Numbered from the stretch's first letter, positions 17,310 to 26,229 are shown. The stretch is DNA of 37,211 bases from Actinomycetes bacterium (GCA_036499185.1 DASYEF010000180.1:1-37211), one strand, 5' to 3'. The notes: generated from the letters alone by a model not told the origin. A program made the numbers and translations.

Positions 17310-17990
17310 ATGCAGATCGCCGTCCTCGGCACCGGCCTCGCCGGCCGCACGCTGGCCGCCGCCCTCCAGGCCGCCGGCCATCAGGTCGTCATCGGGACCC
17401 GCGACCCGGCGGCGACCCTGGCCCGCACCGAGCCGGACTCGCGCGGTACGCCGGGGTTCGGGCAGTGGGCCGCCGAGCACCCCGACATCCGGGTGGTCAG
17501 CCAGGTGGCGGCCGGCGGGTACGGCGAGGTGCTGCTCAACGCCACCAGCGGCGAGGGCACCCTGGCCGCCGTCGGCGCGGCGGCCCCATCCGCGGGCACG
17601 GTGCTCCTGGACGTGAGCAACGCGCTGGACTTCTCCGGGGGCTTCCCGCCCATCCTGTCCGTGGCCAACACCGACAGCCTCGGCGAGCAGCTGCAGCGGG
17701 CCTTCCCCGAGGTACGGGTCGTCAAGTCGCTCAACACTGTGAACGCCGCGGTGATGGTCGACCCCTCTGTCGTGCCGGGCGAGCACCACATCTTCGTGGC
17801 CGGCGAGGACTCCGACGCCAAGGCGGTCGTGACCCGCCTGCTCGGCGACCTCGGCTGGCCGGCGACCTCGGTGCTCGACCTCGGGGGCATCAGGTCCGCC
17901 CGGGCGACCGAGATGTACCTGCCCCTGTGGCTCGCCCTGATGGGCGCCACCGGGTCACCGACGTTCAACATCAGGGTCGTCACGCCGTGA
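17310..17990 (+). CDS. NADP-binding oxidoreductase of the F420-dependent NADP reductase (FNO/NpdG-like) fold
   Basis: ATG 17310 gives MQIAVLGTGLAGRTLAAALQAAGHQVVIGTR. About 226 aa, typical of the family. Confidence 0.7.
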   Translation: MQIAVLGTGLAGRTLAAALQAAGHQVVIGTRDPAATLARTEPDSRGTPGFGQWAAEHPDIRVVSQVAAGGYGEVLLNATSGEGTLAAVGAAAPSAGTVLLDVSNALDFSGGFPPILSVANTDSLGEQLQRAFPEVRVVKSLNTVNAAVMVDPSVVPGEHHIFVAGEDSDAKAVVTRLLGDLGWPATSVLDLGGIRSARATEMYLPLWLALMGATGSPTFNIRVVTP

Positions 17991-18763
17991 CCGGGCCTGC
18001 CGAGCAGCCGGTCCCCTTCGACGACAGCGTGGCCCTGGCCGAGCGCCTCGGCGCGACGCGGATGGACCTCACGGTCCGCTCGGTCCGCCGGCTCACCCCG
18101 CTCCTGGTGAGGGTCGAGCTGACCGGCGACGCGCTGGGTGACCTCGAGTACGAGCCGGGGCAGGACCTCATGCTCACGGCCGAGGCGGGCCCGCCCGTAT
18201 TGCGCCGCCGATGGACGATCCGCTCGCTCGACCGAGCGGCCGGCACGGTGATCCTCGACGTCGTCGTGCACCCCGGTGTCGCCGGCGCCAGCGGGCTGCA
18301 CGAGGCCGCACCCGGCGACGTGGTCGAGGCGATCGGCCCGCGCGGCAAGGTGCACCTCGTCCCCTCCGCAGGGGTCCACCATTTCCTCGGCGACCAGAGC
18401 TTCCTGCCCGCCGCCTTCGTGATGGCCGAGGCGGTCGCCGTGCCGGCCCGAGCGGTCGTCACGATGACGGTGCCCACCCTCGACGAGCAGCTGTCCCTGG
18501 AAGCCTCGGCGGCTGACCCCGTGCGCTGGGTGGCCGAGCAGGGTGACGACGCCGCAACCGGTCTCGCCCTGCTCGCGGCAAGCGGCCTCGGCGACCCCGA
18601 GGACGGCGTCGTCGTCTACGTCGGCGGCGAGATGACCCTCGCGTCGACGATCCGGTCCGCTCTCGTGCGCGACCACGGCTGGCCGCGCGAAGCCGTCATG
18701 CCGAAGCCGTACTGGCGCCGCGGGACCGCGAACGCGCGCAATGGCGAACCGGGCCGCGACTAG
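17987..18763 (+). CDS. siderophore-interacting (SIP / FAD-binding ferric reductase-like) protein
   Basis: GTG 17987 overlaps the upstream TGA (GTGA). RRWTIRS matches the RxYT/S FAD motif, the C-terminal domain is NAD-binding-like, and PKPYWRRG near the C-terminus is typical of SIP proteins. Confidence 0.7.
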   Translation: MTGPAEQPVPFDDSVALAERLGATRMDLTVRSVRRLTPLLVRVELTGDALGDLEYEPGQDLMLTAEAGPPVLRRRWTIRSLDRAAGTVILDVVVHPGVAGASGLHEAAPGDVVEAIGPRGKVHLVPSAGVHHFLGDQSFLPAAFVMAEAVAVPARAVVTMTVPTLDEQLSLEASAADPVRWVAEQGDDAATGLALLAASGLGDPEDGVVVYVGGEMTLASTIRSALVRDHGWPREAVMPKPYWRRGTANARNGEPGRD

Positions 18764-18769
18764 CCTTCG

Positions 18770-19117
18770 TCAACGCCGCTCGACGAGCTCGTAGAGCGCG
18801 CCGTCAGGCGCCACGACGTGCGCGTAGCGGTAGCTGTCGTTCCCGGCCGGCGCCTCGACGTCGACCCCTGCCGCGGCGAGCTCGGCCACTGCGGCGTCGA
18901 GGTCGGCGACCAGAAACCCGACGGTCCGGGATGTGCCGCCGCCCGGCTCGCGCTCGTCGGACACCGCGAAGCCCGAGCCGTCGGGCAGGGTGAACATGTC
19001 GGCGTACGGCGTGCCGGCGTCGTCGGGCGTCAGCCGAAGCACGTCGCGGGCGAACGCGGCCATCGCAGCCCGGTGCGGAGTCGCGGTACCGGCGAAGACG
19101 AGACCGAGGATCTCCAT
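18770..19117 (-). CDS. VOC (glyoxalase/bleomycin-resistance fold) family protein
   Basis: ATG 19117 gives a 115-aa product, MEILGLVFAG...YRYAHVVAPDGALYELVE, typical of small VOC proteins. Confidence 0.75.
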   Translation of the reverse strand: MEILGLVFAGTATPHRAAMAAFARDVLRLTPDDAGTPYADMFTLPDGSGFAVSDEREPGGGTSRTVGFLVADLDAAVAELAAAGVDVEAPAGNDSYRYAHVVAPDGALYELVERR

Positions 19118-19153
19118 GCGTCGAACGTAGGGGGTGCCGGGCACGATGAGGGC

Positions 19154-19999
19154 ATGGCGACCTCGCGACGCTCCCTCCGACCCACCGCACCGGTCCTCGT
19201 CACCGGCTGCTCCAGCGGCATCGGGAAGGCCGCCGTGCTGGCACTCCTGCGCGGCCCCCGGCCGGTGTGGGCGACCGCCCGTCGGCTCGACGACCTGGCC
19301 GACCTGCGGGCCGCCGGCGCCCGCACCGCGGTGCTCGACGTCACCGACGAGGCGTCGATGGCGACGGTGGTCTCGTCGGTCGAGGCCGAGCACGGGGCGG
19401 TAGGCGCGCTCGTCAACAACGCCGGCTACGGCGAGTACGGCCCGGTGGAGGAGGTGCCGATGGACGCCGTCCGGCGACAGTTCGAGACCAACGTGTTCGG
19501 GCTGCTGCGGCTCACCCAGCTCGTGCTGCCGGCCATGCGGTCGGCCGGCCGCGGGCGGATCGTCAACGTGTCGTCGATGGGCGGCCGGATGACGCTGCCG
19601 GGCGGCGGCGTCTACCACGCGAGCAAGTACGCCGTGGAGGCGCTCAGCGACGCCTTGCGGTTCGAGACCCGTGGGTTCGGCGTCGTCGTGTCGGTGGTCG
19701 CGCCGGGACCGGTCCGCACCGCCTTCGCCGAGGAGGCGACCGATCCCGGCCCGGACGAAGGCCCCTACGCCGAGTTCATGCGTGGGGTCGCCGCCCGGAA
19801 CGGAGCGTCCTACGGCGGAGGCCGCGGGCTGCTGGAGCCCGACGCCGTCGCCGACGCGATCGTGGCGGCCATCGAGTCCGGCCGGCCGAAGGCGCGCTAC
19901 CCGGTCGGTCTGATCGGCCGGGAGGTGGTCGGAGCACGGCGACTGCTGCCGACGGCCCTGTGGGACGCCGCGCTGCGGCGGCAGTACCCGACTCCCTGA
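19154..19999 (+). CDS. short-chain dehydrogenase/reductase (SDR)
   Basis: ATG 19154. Motifs VTGCSSGIGKA, NNAG and YHASKYA (YxxxK). Confidence 0.85.
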   Translation: MATSRRSLRPTAPVLVTGCSSGIGKAAVLALLRGPRPVWATARRLDDLADLRAAGARTAVLDVTDEASMATVVSSVEAEHGAVGALVNNAGYGEYGPVEEVPMDAVRRQFETNVFGLLRLTQLVLPAMRSAGRGRIVNVSSMGGRMTLPGGGVYHASKYAVEALSDALRFETRGFGVVVSVVAPGPVRTAFAEEATDPGPDEGPYAEFMRGVAARNGASYGGGRGLLEPDAVADAIVAAIESGRPKARYPVGLIGREVVGARRLLPTALWDAALRRQYPTP

Positions 20000-20013
20000 C
20001 TACAGTCTCGGGG

Positions 20014-21120
20014 GTGTCCGAGCGTCGGCCTGCCCTGCTCGGCCGGGTGCGCGACGAGTCGGCCCGGCCACCCCGTGTCAGCCCGCTCAACGCCGCCCTG
20101 CTCACCGCCGGCGTCGACATCGGCGGCACCAAGGTCGTGGCCGGCGTGGTCACCCATGAGGGCACCGTCATAGACCTGGCTCGTCGCGACACCCCCCATC
20201 GCAGCAAGACCCCGCAGGTGGTCGAGGACACGATCGTCGACGCGGTGCTGGAGCTGGCCGGCCGGCACGAGATCCACGCGGTCGGCGTCGGCGCGGCCGG
20301 CTTCATCGACGCCGACCGGGCCACGGTGCTCTTCGCCCCGCACCTGTCGTGGCGCAACGAGCCGCTGCGCGACGCGCTCACCTCGCGGCTGCGCCTGCCG
20401 GTCGTCATCGAGAACGACGCGAACGCCGCCCTCTGGGCCGAGTGGCGCTTCGGTGCCGGCCGCGACGAGTCACACCTCGTCGGGGTGAACCTCGGCACCG
20501 GCATCGGCGGCGCGGCCATCGTCAACGGCGCCCTGCAGCGCGGGAAGTTCGGCGTTGCGGGGGAGTTCGGCCACATCCAGGTCGTCCCGGACGGCCGGCG
20601 GTGCGAGTGCGGCAACCGGGGGTGCTGGGAGCAGTACGCGTCGGGCAACGTCCTTGTCCGCGAGGCTCGTGAGCTCGCCGCGGCGCGGTCGCCGGTCGCG
20701 CACGGCATCCTCGAGCGGGCCGGGGGCGACATCGACGCCATCACCGGGCCGCTGATCACGGCCGCCGCCCAGGACGGGGACCCCGCGGCCCGCGAGCTGT
20801 TCGAGGAGGTGGGCCAGTGGCTCGGGGTCGGCATCGCGAACCTGGCCGCCGCGATGGACCCGGGCCGGTTCGTCATCGGCGGCGGCGTCTCGGAGGCGGG
20901 TGACCTGCTCATCGTGCCGGCTCGCGACGCGTTCGCCCGATCGTTGACCGGCCGGCGGTTCCGGCCGCAGGCCGACGTCGTGGCGGCCACGATGGGCAAC
21001 ACTGCAGGGCTGGTCGGCGCGGCCGACCTGGCTCGCCCGTTCGCCCGCCGCTTCCGCCGCGCGCGGGCCCGGGCTCGGGACCGACGCCCCGGCCGCGGGC
21101 GGCCCGGCGACCTGTCGTGA
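20014..21120 (+). CDS. ROK-family glucokinase / sugar kinase with an Arg-rich C-terminal tail
   Basis: GVDIGGTKV ATP-binding block, ENDANAA, and the ROK zinc motif GHIQVVPDGRRCECGNRGCWE. Start is uncertain: GTG 20014 or GTG 20047. Confidence 0.8.
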   Translation: MSERRPALLGRVRDESARPPRVSPLNAALLTAGVDIGGTKVVAGVVTHEGTVIDLARRDTPHRSKTPQVVEDTIVDAVLELAGRHEIHAVGVGAAGFIDADRATVLFAPHLSWRNEPLRDALTSRLRLPVVIENDANAALWAEWRFGAGRDESHLVGVNLGTGIGGAAIVNGALQRGKFGVAGEFGHIQVVPDGRRCECGNRGCWEQYASGNVLVREARELAAARSPVAHGILERAGGDIDAITGPLITAAAQDGDPAARELFEEVGQWLGVGIANLAAAMDPGRFVIGGGVSEAGDLLIVPARDAFARSLTGRRFRPQADVVAATMGNTAGLVGAADLARPFARRFRRARARARDRRPGRGRPGDLS

Positions 21121-22844
21121 GCTGGCCGGTCCGGCGCCGGGACCCGATGGCCGGACCCGACGCCGTGTTCCTCGGCACCGGTACGACGACCGGCGGCGCC
21201 GTCGTCACGGCGCTCCTCGCCCTGGAGGAGACCGTCGACCCGACCGCGATGGCCGACCTCGTGCGCGACCGGCTGGTGGCCACCCACCCGCGGTTCGCCA
21301 CCCGGGCGGTGCCGGGCCGGTGGCCACTGCGCCGGCCGGCCTGGGAGCCCGTCGCCGTGGATCTCGACCGGCACGTCCTCGACGGCGGTCCGGTCTCCGG
21401 CGAGGACGGTCTCGCCGCGGCGCTCGGCGACCTGGCGACTCGGCCGCTGGACATGAACCGGCCGCCGTGGCAGCTGCATCTGCTCGCGCTCGAACAGCCC
21501 GGTGGCACGTCCTCGGTGCTGGTTGCCCGGGTGCACCACAGCCTCGCGGATGGGCAAGCACTCGCCGCGACGCTCCTGTCGCTCGTGGACGAGCGGCCCG
21601 ACACTGTCGCACCGACGGCGCGGCCCGAACCGCGCCGTGCGTCCGCGGCGCGGCTCGCTGTGGACGTGGTGCGGACCGGTGTGGCTCTGCTGCTGACGGC
21701 GCGCGACCCCGCGCCGCGGCACGCCCGAGTGCAACATCCGCCGGCCTGGACCGCTCCGCTGGACCTCGGCCTGGTCCGCCGGGTCGCGGCCGAGCTCGGT
21801 GTCACGGTCAACGACGTGTTCCTAGGGGTCATCGCGGGCGCGCTGACCGACGCGCGGGAGAGGTCCGGCGGGTCGGCGACTCTGCGCGTCCTGGTGCCGG
21901 TCGACCTGCGAGCCGGGCGGCCGGTGCCGTCGGCGCTGGGCAACCGCGTCGGTTTCGCGCTGCTGCGGCTGCCGACAGGAGCCGCCGACCCGGTGGCCCG
22001 CGTCCGGGCGGTGAGCCGAGTGACGGGGCAGCTGCGCGGCGGGGCGGCGCCGTCGACGTACCTCATGCTGCGCGTGCTCGGCTGGGTGCCGAGGGTGGTC
22101 CAGCGGTGGGCCGCCCGGTTCATCGGTGCCCGGGCCATCGCCATCGTCACGAACGTCCGCGCCCCGGCGACGCCGGTGCACGTAGCTGGGGCGCGGGTCG
22201 TGCGGGTGGCGTTCTGGGTGCCGCTGGTCGGTGCGGTCCCGGCCGGCGTGAGCATCCTGTCCTACGCCGGCGAGGTCACGGTCGGGGTCGCGACCGACCC
22301 GGAGCGCGGGCCACGGCCGGACCGGCTGACGGCCGCGGTCGAAGCCGGTCTCACCGACCTCGCGCAACGCGCCCTCGGCGTACCGGACGACGAGGTCGTC
22401 CTCGAGGCGGTGCCGTTCGACTCCGACGTCGCCGCGACGCTGGTCGCGGAGGTGCAGCAGGAGTACGTGCGGCGCTACGGCGGCCACGACGAGACCCCGG
22501 TGGACCCGACCGAGTTCGCACCTCCTGGCGGGACGTTCCTCATCGCGCAGTACGGCGCGGTCACCATCGGATGCGCCGGGATGCGCCGCCACGACGTGAA
22601 CACGGTCGAGGTCAAGCGGATGTTCGTCCGGGCCGAGCACCGCCGGCGCGGGCATGCCCGCCGGTTGCTGCGTGCGCTGGAGGACCTGGCTCGCGAGCAG
22701 GGCTACCAGCGGGTGGTCCTGGAGACCGGGCTCGCGCAGCCCGAGGCGATCGCGCTGTATGCGAGTGCCGGGTACCTCCCGGTCGAAGGCTTCGGCCACT
22801 ACCGGGACGCGCCGCTGTCCCGCTCGTTCGCCAAGGACCTGTGA
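21117..22844 (+). CDS. WS/DGAT-type acyltransferase (wax ester synthase / diacylglycerol acyltransferase family) fused to a C-terminal GNAT acetyltransferase domain
   Basis: N-terminus MAGPDAVFL; catalytic HHxxxDG motif as HHSLADG; C-terminal WS/DGAT block VTNVRAP. From about nt 22390 there is a GNAT fold (VKRMFVRAEHRRRGHARRLLRALE...GYQRVVLETG). GTG 21117 overlaps the upstream TGA. ATG 21147 is an alternative start. Confidence 0.75.
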   Translation: MSWPVRRRDPMAGPDAVFLGTGTTTGGAVVTALLALEETVDPTAMADLVRDRLVATHPRFATRAVPGRWPLRRPAWEPVAVDLDRHVLDGGPVSGEDGLAAALGDLATRPLDMNRPPWQLHLLALEQPGGTSSVLVARVHHSLADGQALAATLLSLVDERPDTVAPTARPEPRRASAARLAVDVVRTGVALLLTARDPAPRHARVQHPPAWTAPLDLGLVRRVAAELGVTVNDVFLGVIAGALTDARERSGGSATLRVLVPVDLRAGRPVPSALGNRVGFALLRLPTGAADPVARVRAVSRVTGQLRGGAAPSTYLMLRVLGWVPRVVQRWAARFIGARAIAIVTNVRAPATPVHVAGARVVRVAFWVPLVGAVPAGVSILSYAGEVTVGVATDPERGPRPDRLTAAVEAGLTDLAQRALGVPDDEVVLEAVPFDSDVAATLVAEVQQEYVRRYGGHDETPVDPTEFAPPGGTFLIAQYGAVTIGCAGMRRHDVNTVEVKRMFVRAEHRRRGHARRLLRALEDLAREQGYQRVVLETGLAQPEAIALYASAGYLPVEGFGHYRDAPLSRSFAKDL

Positions 22845-23380
22845 CCCGCGCCGCACGTACCATCGGCGTCGTGCCAGCGGCCGGATCAGAGACAGACAGC
22901 GTCTTTGCCCAGATCCAGGCGGGGATCCGGCTGCGTGAGGCCGGTAGGCCAGCGGACGCACGCGTCGTGCTCTCGGCACTCTGGCCCCAGGTTGATGCCG
23001 CTGACGACCCGTTTGCTCGCTGTTTCCTGGCGCACTCCCTGGCGGACGTCCAGGATGATCCGCGCGAGGAGCTGCGCTGGGACCTGGTCGCCTTTGAGGC
23101 CGGTGCGGCCGTGACAGAGGAGGGCGCCGGCGAGCGGGGAGTGCCAGGCGGTCGTCGTGGCCTGTTCCCGTCGCTGCACCTCAACCTGGCCGAGAGCTAT
23201 GTCCGTGTCGGAGACGCACACCAGGCTCGGCAGCACTACGCGGCCGGCCTGGAGTTCGTGCCCTACCTCGGCCAAGACGCCTATGGGGACAGCATTCGGG
23301 AAGCCTTCATCGCCTATGCGGCGGAGCATCCGACACACGGAGTCCCGCGAACAGCTGTGCCGGACGAGGACAGCAAGTAG
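22841..23380 (+). CDS. hypothetical TPR-like helical-repeat protein
   Basis: GTG 22841 overlaps the upstream TGA; GTG 22871 is an alternative. LHLNLAESYVRVGDAHQARQHYAAGLE resembles a TPR unit. Third-position GC is visibly lower than in neighbours. Confidence 0.5.
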   Translation: MTRAARTIGVVPAAGSETDSVFAQIQAGIRLREAGRPADARVVLSALWPQVDAADDPFARCFLAHSLADVQDDPREELRWDLVAFEAGAAVTEEGAGERGVPGGRRGLFPSLHLNLAESYVRVGDAHQARQHYAAGLEFVPYLGQDAYGDSIREAFIAYAAEHPTHGVPRTAVPDEDSK

Positions 23381-23452
23381 CTGGTCGAGGTCGGGTCAGC
23401 CGCCGGGCGAGTGCTCGGGAACGGCACCGACACTCCGGGTGGTGAGCGCCAG

Positions 23453-23989
23453 CTATCGGAGGACGCGGTAGGTGGCGAGAAGGTGCCCGCTGGGCGAGGA
23501 GTCCGCGCCGATCAGCTCGAGTCGAGACGAAGGCACGCCGTCGAGCAGTCGTCGTCCGGCACCGGCAATCGTCGGTGCGATCACCAGCTTGAGGTCGTCG
23601 ATCAGGCCGGCAGCGAGCATCGACCGAGTGACCGAGATGCTGGCATGTACGCCGATCTCGCCTCCTGACTGATTTCTCAGGTCGCTGACGAACTCGGCCA
23701 GGTCGCCGTCGATGCGAGTCGCATTGGCCCAGGCGGATCCGAGCGGCGCGGAGGTCGCGACGTACTTCTGTACGCCGTTGATGAACGTCGCGAATGGTTC
23801 GATGTCACTGGTCGGCCAGAACCGCGCCCATTCCTCATAGCTGCCACGGCCGAGGATCACCGCGTCCTGCTGGGCGATCACGGCGGCCAGGTTGGCGTCC
23901 ACCACCGCGTCCCATTCATGGATGAACGAGTCGGGAGCCTCGGCCACCCCGTCGAGGGACAGCAACTCGTAGGCGACAACTCTGCGCAT
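23453..23989 (-). CDS. dihydrofolate-reductase-like (RibD C-terminal domain) family protein
   Basis: MRRVVAYELLSLDGV...AVILGRGSYEEW...VHASISVTRSML..IDDLKLVIAP is typical of the family. A GGAAGG Shine-Dalgarno precedes ATG 23989. Confidence 0.8.
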   Translation of the reverse strand: MRRVVAYELLSLDGVAEAPDSFIHEWDAVVDANLAAVIAQQDAVILGRGSYEEWARFWPTSDIEPFATFINGVQKYVATSAPLGSAWANATRIDGDLAEFVSDLRNQSGGEIGVHASISVTRSMLAAGLIDDLKLVIAPTIAGAGRRLLDGVPSSRLELIGADSSPSGHLLATYRVLR

Positions 23990-24137
23990 GTTCGACCTTC
24001 CGCCGTGACCACAGGACGTCTATCAGACCTCCCACAACGGGAGAACTCATCGCTGTCCCGCTCTTCTGTCCCTTGGCGCCACTTCGATCGGGCGAGATCG
24101 ACGTCTCGGGAGGCGCCGGGCGGGGTAGACCCTGCGC

Positions 24138-26045
24138 ATGGACAAGGTGGACCGGGCGGATCTGCGGCGGGTTGTCGACGGGCGGTGGGCGGACGTCCGC
24201 GAGCGGGTACGCCGAACGGTGCCGGCCGCGTGGTGCGAGCCGGCGGGAGACCTGTCGCGTGACGAGCACCGCACGCGGACCACGTCCCGGGCCCGAGAGC
24301 TGGCCGCGACGGGGCTGCCCGGGCTCGGCTTCGAGAAGGCGTACGGCGGCGACGACGACATCGGCGGCTCGCTCACCTTCTTCGAGATGCTGGGGCTCGT
24401 CGACCTGTCGGTGATGGTCAAGGCAGGCGTGCAGTGGGGCCTGTTCGGCGCGGCGATCCAGGCGCTGGGCACCGAGCCGCACCACGAGCGTTACTTGCCG
24501 GCAATGATGACGCTCGAGCTGCCCGGGTGCTTCGCGATGACCGAGACGGGTCACGGCTCCGACGTTCAATCACTGCGCACCACGGCGACCTACGATCCGG
24601 GCGCCGAGGAGTTCGTCATCACGACGCCGGACGACGCTGCGCGCAAGGACTACATCGGCAACGCTGCCCGCGACGGCCGGCTCGCCGTCGTGTTCGCCCA
24701 GCTGGTCACGCAGGGGGAGAACCACGGCGTGCACGCCGTCCTCGTCCCGATCCGCGACGAGCAGGGGAATCCCTGCGCCGGCGTGCGGATCGAGGACTGC
24801 GGTCACAAGGGCGGCCTCAACGGTGTCGACAACGGCCGGCTCTGGTTCGACGACGTGCGCGTCCCACGCGACAACCTGCTCGACCAGTACGGCGCGGTGG
24901 CGCCCGACGGCACCTACTCGAGCCCGATCGAGAATCGCAGCCAGCGGTTCTTCACGATGCTCGGCGCACTCGTTCGCGGTCGCATCAGCGTCGGAGGCGC
25001 GGCCGCCAGTGCCGCGACGGTCGCCCTGGCGACCGCACTGCGGTACGGCGAGGTGCGCACCCAGTTCGCCCGGCCCGGCGGCGGCGAGGTCGTCGTCCTG
25101 GACTACCTCGCCCATCAGCGCAGGTTGCTCCCGGCGCTCGCGACGTCGTACGCGCTGCACTTCGCCCAGGACCAGCTGGTGTCCGACGCGCACGACATCC
25201 AGACCGGCGGGACCACCGACGAAGCGGCCCAGCGCGAGCTCGAGTCGCGAGCGGCGGGTCTCAAAGTCGTGAGCACCTGGCACGCGACCACGACCATCCA
25301 GACCTGCCGGGAGGCCTGCGGCGGCGCTGGCTACCTCTCGGCCAACCGGATCGTCGCGCTCAAGGCCGACACCGACGTGTTCGCCACGTTCGAGGGCGAC
25401 AACACGGTGCTGCTGCAGCTCGTGGCGCGGGCCGTGCTGACGCGCTACCGGGACCACTTCGGCGACCTCGACGCGATGAGCACACTGCGGTTCCTGGCCG
25501 ATCAGGTCAAGGAGACCGTGCTCGAGAAGACCTCGGCGCGCGGACTCGTCGATCGGCTCGCGGCCGCGGCTCCTGGTCGGGGTGGCGCGGACGTGCTGGA
25601 CCGCGCCTGGCAGCTGGACATGTTCGCCTGGCGTGAGGAGCACGTCGTGGCCGGCCTCGCCCGCCGACTGCGGCGCGTGGGCAGCGCCGACGAGGACGAC
25701 CCCGACGCGGCCTTCGAGGCACTCAACCGGGTGCAACCGCACGCGCTCGCGGCCGGCCGCGCGCACGTGCACCGCATCGTGCTGGACGCGTTCGACGCCG
25801 CCGTGGGCCACTGCAGCGACGAGGGGGCCCGCGCATTGCTCGACCGCACCTGCGACCTCTACGCGCTCGCCCAGGTCGAGGCCGACCGGGCGTGGTTCCT
25901 CGAGCACGGGCGCCTCACGCCCACCGGCGCCAAGGCGCTCGGCGCCACCGTCGACGACCTCTGCCGCGAGCTGCGGGGACAGGCCGGGGTGCTGGTCGAG
26001 GGGCTCGGAATTCCCGAGGAGTGGTTGCCGACCACTGTGGGCTGA
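24138..26045 (+). CDS. acyl-CoA oxidase / acyl-CoA dehydrogenase-family flavoprotein (about 635 aa)
   Basis: FAMTETGHGSDVQSL, the middle beta-domain block, CGGAGY, and a long C-terminal extension as in ACOX-type enzymes. Confidence 0.85.
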   Translation: MDKVDRADLRRVVDGRWADVRERVRRTVPAAWCEPAGDLSRDEHRTRTTSRARELAATGLPGLGFEKAYGGDDDIGGSLTFFEMLGLVDLSVMVKAGVQWGLFGAAIQALGTEPHHERYLPAMMTLELPGCFAMTETGHGSDVQSLRTTATYDPGAEEFVITTPDDAARKDYIGNAARDGRLAVVFAQLVTQGENHGVHAVLVPIRDEQGNPCAGVRIEDCGHKGGLNGVDNGRLWFDDVRVPRDNLLDQYGAVAPDGTYSSPIENRSQRFFTMLGALVRGRISVGGAAASAATVALATALRYGEVRTQFARPGGGEVVVLDYLAHQRRLLPALATSYALHFAQDQLVSDAHDIQTGGTTDEAAQRELESRAAGLKVVSTWHATTTIQTCREACGGAGYLSANRIVALKADTDVFATFEGDNTVLLQLVARAVLTRYRDHFGDLDAMSTLRFLADQVKETVLEKTSARGLVDRLAAAAPGRGGADVLDRAWQLDMFAWREEHVVAGLARRLRRVGSADEDDPDAAFEALNRVQPHALAAGRAHVHRIVLDAFDAAVGHCSDEGARALLDRTCDLYALAQVEADRAWFLEHGRLTPTGAKALGATVDDLCRELRGQAGVLVEGLGIPEEWLPTTVG

Positions 26046-26127
26046 AGAAAACCCGCTCGACGGCCGATGAGATCGACCACGAGGCTGGGTCTGACCAGAT
26101 GAGCCGAGGGCACGAGGAGGTGAGGAC

Positions 26128-26229
26128 GTGCAAGAGCAGGTGAAGGTGAAGGTGCGCAAGCAGAGCGCGGCGTCCCGCCCGGTCGAGCTCGACCTGCGCT
26201 CCCCGTCGGGGCGGGTCCTGAAGTTCTAA
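26128..26229 (+). CDS. candidate small protein, 33 aa (MQEQVKVKVRKQSAASRPVELDLRSPSGRVLKF, with GTG read as Met)
   Basis: GAGGAGG at 26114-26120 lies 7 nt before GTG 26128. It is the first start codon after the in-frame TGA at 26092. 32 of 33 sense codons end in G/C. TAA stop at 26227-26229. It is too short to appear in the supplied ORF track. Confidence 0.4.
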   Translation: MQEQVKVKVRKQSAASRPVELDLRSPSGRVLKF

